From the human T2T-CHM13v2.0 reference genome, Homo sapiens: a stretch of 64,000 nt of DNA. This document shows positions 57,127-64,000 of this stretch, one piece after another (position 1 is the stretch's first letter; each line of letters opens with the position of its first letter). Under the pieces are notes generated by a model. The model saw only the letters and a program-made list of their open reading frames with translations, had not been told where the DNA came from and ran no database searches. The position numbers and the translations under genes were made by a program. Where the stretch lies: assembly GCF_009914755.1 (NCBI RefSeq), contig NC_060930.1; one strand, written 5' to 3'.

Positions 57127-59176
57127 AGTCAAACTCGCTGTTTGCTGATGACATGATTGTATACTGAGAAAACCCTAAAGACTCATCCAAAAAGCTCCTA
57201 GATCTGATAAATGAATTCAGTAAAGTTTCAGGATGAAACATCAATGTACACAAATAAGTAGCACTGTTATACACCAGTAGCAACCAAACTGAGAAAAAAA
57301 TCAAGAACTCAATCTCTTTCATAATAGCTGCAAAGAAAAAAAACTTAGGAATTTACCTAACCAAGGAGGTGAAAGAGCTCTAAAAGGAAAACTATAAAAC
57401 ACTGCTGGAAGAAATCATAGATGACACAAACAAATGAAAACACATCCCATGCTCATGGATGGGTAGAATCAATATTGTCAAAATGACCATACTGCCAAAA
57501 GCAATCTACAAATTCAATGCAATTCCCATCAAAATGCCATCATCATTCTTCACAGAACTAGAAAAAACAATCCAAAAATTCATTTGGAACCAAAAAAGAG
57601 CCTACATAGTGAAAGCACGACCAATCTGCATAGCCAAAGCAAGACTAAGCAAAAAGAAATCTGGAGGCATCACATTGCCCAACTTCAAACTATACTACAA
57701 GGCTATAGTTACCAAAACAGCATGGTACTTTCATGGAAACAGACACGTAGACAATGGAACAGAATAGAGAACCCAGAAATAAAGTCAATTACTTACAGCC
57801 ATCTGTTCTTTAAAAAGCAAACAAAACAGAAAGTGGGGAAAGGACACACTTTTCAACAAATGGTGCTGGGATAATTGGCAAGCCACACGTAGAAGAATGA
57901 AACTGTATCCTCATCTCTCATCTTATACAAAAATCAACTCAAGATGGATCAAAGACTTAAATCTAAGACCAGAAACCATAAAGATTCCAGGAGATAACAT
58001 CAGAAAAACCCCTTAGGCAAAGATTTCATGACCAAGAACCCAAAAGCAAATGCAACAAAAACAGATAAATAAATGAGAATTAAACTAAAAAGCTTCAGCA
58101 CAGCAAAAGAAATAATCAGCAGAGTAAACAGACAACTCACAGAGTGGGAGAAATTCTTCCCAAACTATGCATTCGACAAAGGACAAATATCCAGAGTCTA
58201 CAAGGAACTCAAACAAATCAGCAAGAAAAAATAACAAATAACCCCATCAAAAAGTGGGCTAAGGACATGAATAGACAATCTCAAAATAAGATACACAAAT
58301 GGCCAACAAACATATGAAAAAATGCTCAACATCACTAATTATCAGAGAAACGCAAATCAAAACCACAATGTGATACTACCTTATTCCTGCAAGAATGGCC
58401 ACAATCAAAAAAACAAAAAGTAATAGATCTGGGTGTGGGCATGATGAAAAGGGAAGACTTTTATACTGCTGGTAGGAATGTAAACTAGTACAACCACCAT
58501 GGAAAACAGTGTGGAGATTCCTTAAAGAACTAAAAGTAGAACTACCATTTGATCCAGCAATCCCACTACTGGGTACCTACCCAAAGGAAAAGAAGTCACT
58601 ATATGAAAAAGACACTTACACACACATGTTTATAGCAGCACAATTTGCAATTGCAAAATACAGAACCAGTCCATCAACCAACCCATCAACCAACCAGCCC
58701 ATCAACCAAAAAGTAGATAAAGAAAATGTGGTATATATATATACATATATACACACACACACGTATACATATATACATATATACACACACACTGTGGAAT
58801 ACTACTCAGCCATAAAAGGAAATGAAATAATGGCATTCACAGCAACCTGGATGCAGTTGGAGACCACATTCAAAGTGAACTAACCCAGGAATGAAAAATG
58901 AAACATTGTATGTTCTCACTTATAAGTGGGAGCTAAGCTATGAGAACACAAAGGCATAAGAATGATACAGTGGACTTGGGGACTAGGGGAAGGATAAGAG
59001 GAAGGTGAGGGCTAAAAGACTACACATCGGGTACAATGTACACAGCTGAAGTAATGGGTGCACCAAAATCTCAGAAATCACCACTAAAGAATTTATCCAT
59101 GTAAACAAGCATTATATCCTGTTCCCAAAAAACCTATTGATAATACATAAATAAATAAATAAACAAATAAGTAAAT
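57127..59176 (+). mobile_element. L1PB-like, 5'-truncated (RT to 3'UTR, (TAAA)n tail)
   Basis: RT motif LFADDMIVY at ~57139; ORF track 57459 and 58509 are ORF2 peptides; caccaaaatctcagaaatcaccactaaaga L1PB 3'UTR. Confidence 0.9.
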
Positions 59177-60471
59177 AGTTGGAGATTCAGCAGTGAAAAA
59201 AAAAAAGTTGGATAGAAAGTAATAAAGTAGGCCTAAAGAAAGAAGGAATAAAAAAATTTTAATGAGACAGAAAACAAAGGAAATAAAGAAAATTCATAGA
59301 AATTAAGGCAAATTTAAACACATTCACAATAAACAAGCACTTGTTTGTGCTTACTTGATAATTTGTTTCCAGATGATCTGCCTTAAAACAAATACAAAAG
59401 GAAGTCCTTCAGGCTGAAAGAAGGTGACATCCAAAGGGAATTCACATTCACAAAGAAAGGTAATTATGTAGGTAAATTTTAGAAGACAACGTAAATAGAT
59501 TTTTCCATTTGTTTACTTATTTAACAATTATTATAAAACTATATTGTTGGGCTTATAATGTACAAACATATATAAAAATAATGCACGAACAGTGGGAGAA
59601 AGAACAAAGAAAGAAACTCACAACAAACTGGTAATACAAGCGGATTTCCTCAGACCGATAAAGGCTAGTTATGAAAAACCTACGGTAAACATCATACTTA
59701 AAGGTGAACAACTGAATAATTTTAGCCTAAGGTCAAGAACAAGGCAGGATGTCTACTGTAACCACTTACATTCCACATTTTAATGGAGGTTCTTGCTAGT
59801 TCAATCAAGAAAGAGAAATAAAACACATCAATCTTAGAAACGAAGAAGTAAAACTGTATTCTCCGACAACACTCTCCTATATGCTAAACTTCTAAAAAAC
59901 AGAAAAAAAAAAAACTGTGAATAAGTGAGTTTGGCAGGGTCACATGATGTAAGATTAGTAAACAAATCATTTTTATTTCTACATATTGATGAACAATCAA
60001 AATTGAAATTAAGACAGTTTTATTCACAACAGCATCAATAATAAATACACGGAAATAAATTTAACCAAGTGTAGAATTTATGTATTGAAAACTACAAAAC
60101 ATCACCAAAGGAAATTTTAAATTATCTAAATATAGAGATCATTTATGTTTTGGACTATAAGACCTATTGTTCAGATAGTAATACCCCTCAAATTGATCTA
60201 TAAATTCAGTATAATCTCTATCAAAATCACAGTAGACATTTTACAGAATTTGACATGCTAATCCCAAAACTTATATGGAAATGCAAAAAAAAAAAAAAAA
60301 AAAAAACAGAAAAGCCAAAATAATTTTGAAAAAGAAGATCCAAGTGGGAGGGGAACTTACTCATCCTGATAAAGACTCTACAAAAAAACCTATGGCCTAC
60401 ATTTTATTAATGGCGAGGAATTAGCAGCTTTCCCACTAAAATCAGGAGCAAGCCAAAGATGTCCTCTCTTA

Positions 60472-60936
<465 letters not shown>

Positions 60937-61008
60937 CTACAATGTGTGTGTAGGAGGAAGGGGGATATGGGATATCTCTGTATGTACTTCCTCTCAATTT
61001 TACTGTGA

Positions 61009-61333
<325 letters not shown>

Positions 61334-62408
61334 CTAAAACTGCTCTTAAAAATAAACTTTTTTCTTTTTTTTTTAAATGAACCAAGCAGGGAGATTTTTA
61401 CTATGTAATTTCAAAATTGGTCATAAAGTTAAAAATAATGATCAAAACACCGTGGTTTGACACTTTCTTTGAAAGTTGAAGAATTTTACCATATGACCCA
61501 GTAATCCACTCCTACTTACATAAAATGTCCAGGAAAGACAAATCTGTAGAGACATAAGTAGATTAATGATTGCCCGGAGTTTGTGGTGAGAACACAAAGT
61601 GACTATTATAGGACACAAGAGAGATCTTATTTGGATGATGAAAATGTTTTAAAACTGTATTTTGTTGATGGTCACACAACTTGGTAAATTTACTAAGAAG
61701 TATTGAATTAGAACCTTAAAATGGTTGAATTTTATATGTGTAAATTATACTTCAGTAGCTTTTTTTTAAAAAAAAGCAGTGGTCTGGAAATGCTGAAAAG
61801 TTAATATCCTAGACTCAAGTCTTTTAAATCTGTTCTTGTGGGCTCGATACTGGTCTATGGATTAAAAAGCTGCTGCTAATTTGATTTTCAGTGTTTATCT
61901 TTTATATATTGCCTACTCCACTGGACTACAAGTTTATTGAAGGTAAAATACTGTTTTCAGTATTTCAGTATAAATATGTAAAAAAAATCTATTTATATCC
62001 CAAGCCCGGTAGTACTTAGTGTAGCATTTGGGCAAAGCCCAATCTCATTAAATACTGGGCCATTTAACTTGTTTGTAATGAAATTTTGTAACTTAACATA
62101 AGACTTGTTCTTATTAATGGAGACTAATTCTCCTCCATTTAACTGTGATTAGAATAGCATTTTTTAAATTTTTCATTTTTGTCATCTCCCTCATTTAACT
62201 AAAAGCATAGTAACACCAGCTAGAGGATAAACAAAATATAAGCATATAATTATATATATTATTAACATTATGTTAAATAAGACAAGTCCGGTGAATGAAA
62301 ATATTTTCTGTTGAAAAACAACCAATTAAAATGAGATATAGTCATTTGGTTAGTCATTATTATTTTTTAAAGCCTAGGTTTTTTGTTGTGTGTGTGTTTT
62401 TTTTAAAG

Positions 62409-62505
62409 AAACAGGACCTCGTACACGATCTCCAACAATTTTGGAAACATCTCCACGACTTATTCGAAAAGCACTAGAATTTATGGATTTAAGTCAATAT
62501 GTTCG
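62409..62505 (+). CDS. ADGB: Androglobin coding exon (~exon 34), 97 nt, phase 1-2
   Basis: ttttaaag|AA ACA GGA CCT...TAT GTT CG|gtaagt; (Q)TGPRTRSPTILETSPRLIRKALEFMDLSQYV(R). Confidence 0.91.
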
Positions 62506-63053
62506 GTAAGTTTTCATAAACATGATTGATGCAGACAACTGTGTGTTTTGTTAAATCGATTATTAAAATACTTAAATGTTTTCTGTAAAGATTTAATTTG
62601 AGGCCTGATTAAGGTGAGATGAGCTACAAAAAATTTCTATCACACCTGCTACCATTATTTAATTAGATTCAATTTTTAATAACTAGATGATAGAAATATA
62701 TTAAGCATATTTATAAGTTTGAAAACATCATCAAAATTATTAGCTGCATAAATTCAAAGGAAAACCTACAAGATATTCTCATAGTTTTGAACACAAGTTT
62801 CACAATCACCTCATCAAGTGGTGAATCCAAATTCACTGATATTCTCCAAAATGTTTTCCTAAAATATCAGTGACTCAATAAATGGAGCATAGCATATCTA
62901 GAAAACAACCATTTATTTTTTCTATCCCTAATGTTTTATTTGACTCAGACCACCACACTGTTGATATGATTTAAAATTATTTGATGTCTAAAGTGAAGCT
63001 TATTCCAGAGTTCCCAAATGAAATCTGTATCTTTTGATGACTTTTGTATCAAG

Positions 63054-63237
63054 GAAAACAGATACAGATCCTCTGCTGCAAACAGATGAATTGAATCAGC
63101 AGCAGGCAATGCAAAAGGCGGAAGAAATTCATCAGTTTCGACAGCATAGGACCAGAGTCCTTAGCATTCGAAACATTGACCAAGAAGAGCGGTTGAAGTT
63201 AAAGGATGAAGTCCTGGATATGTATAAGGAAATGCAG
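63054..63237 (+). CDS. ADGB: Androglobin coding exon (~exon 35), 184 nt, phase 2-0; probable coiled coil
   Basis: gtatcaag|G AAA ACA GAT...ATG CAG|gtgagt; KTDTDPLLQTDELNQQQAMQKAEEIHQFRQHRTRVLSIRNIDQEERLKLKDEVLDMYKEMQ (ORF track 63034..63261). Confidence 0.94.
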
Positions 63238-63584
63238 GTGAGTCTAAAAGCACATACATAGATTATAGTTGGCAAATTCTTTCGTAACATTAAAAAGAAA
63301 TTATATAATTAAATAATATTTTGTATAGAAATAAGTCTTGAAAACATAGGTTTCTATTATTCACAACTTCTAGGAAAACATCACAAATTTGATTCTACAC
63401 ATCTCATCTCACTCCCTCCCTAAAATCCCCCTAAAATGCAGTATTGGGAATCTATCCTCAAAGATGGGAAGAATAGGAGAGAAAACAACAACAAAATTAT
63501 TTGTTCAAGTTGGAAAATAACTGGATGAAGATCATATTAATCAGCTTGAGACATACAAATCCTAAACTGTCAGTGGGAAAAGTC

Positions 63585-64000
63585 TTTTTTTTTAAGTGTT
63601 TTTTAAATAAAACACAATCTTAAAGTTAATGATGATTGGTCTTGGTGGTTCCTAGTGGTAAGTCCTGTCTTATTTTTTCACATAGTATAAATTATATTTT
63701 TATGCAGGATTGCATTAAAATCCAGTAGTTCTTAATGTTACCAAATAACCATATAATTCCCAAATGCAGCAAAGGTGAACAATCTACAGAGTGCACTTTC
63801 ACCTCAATGAAATTGAAGCTGCTCCTTTCGGATATTTTTCCACTTCAATGTGAAGCAGATTGTTGGGATTTCATTAGTGGTTTCATTATGTGGCTTTTTA
63901 AAAGAAAAAATAGTTTTGATTTCTTCCACAGTTCACAGTTCTCAGACGAGACTTTTTTTGTAAATTACACAGTTCAGGGATGTTTTGAAAAACCAAATCC
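63585..64000 (-). pseudogene. KATNBL1P6: 3' end (3'UTR + short poly-A) of a processed pseudogene of KATNBL1; continues beyond the window
   Basis: T9 run at 63585-63593 followed by non-TE sequence; its reverse complement (…aaagtctcgtctgagaactgtgaactgtggaagaaatcaaaac…gacaggacttaccactaggaaccacc…) matches my recollection of the KATNBL1/C15orf29 3'UTR; identity is from memory, not a search. Confidence 0.7.

Overview
Human-like (primate) genomic DNA, AT-rich and dense in repeats. It carries 12 internal coding exons of androglobin (ADGB) on the + strand. All have AG/GT boundaries and compatible phases, and they splice into a 1,930-nt stop-free frame (LMFKSKCKSLESYPC ... LKLKDEVLDMYKEMQ). By recall these are exons ~24-35 of 36; the last exon lies beyond the window. 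The introns hold Alu, L1, L2/MIR, MaLR LTRs (MLT1, MSTA, THE1), hAT MITEs (MER30, MER5, MER94-like), a truncated antisense HERV9/LTR12 provirus remnant (3' LTR plus env TM), and the 3' end of an antisense processed pseudogene that I recognise as KATNBL1-derived. No prokaryote-type system (CRISPR, operon, etc.) is present, and I cannot claim a new biological system. The best leads are: a repeat-poor intronic island with RFX, forkhead and GC-box motifs plus a strong G-quadruplex; a CTCF-like site behind a weak-donor exon; an Alu-flanked four-exon block that would circularise into a stop-free ORF; competing splice acceptors; and several local template-switch or duplication scars. Repeat subfamily names, repeat boundaries and exon numbers come from recognition by eye, not from a database search.
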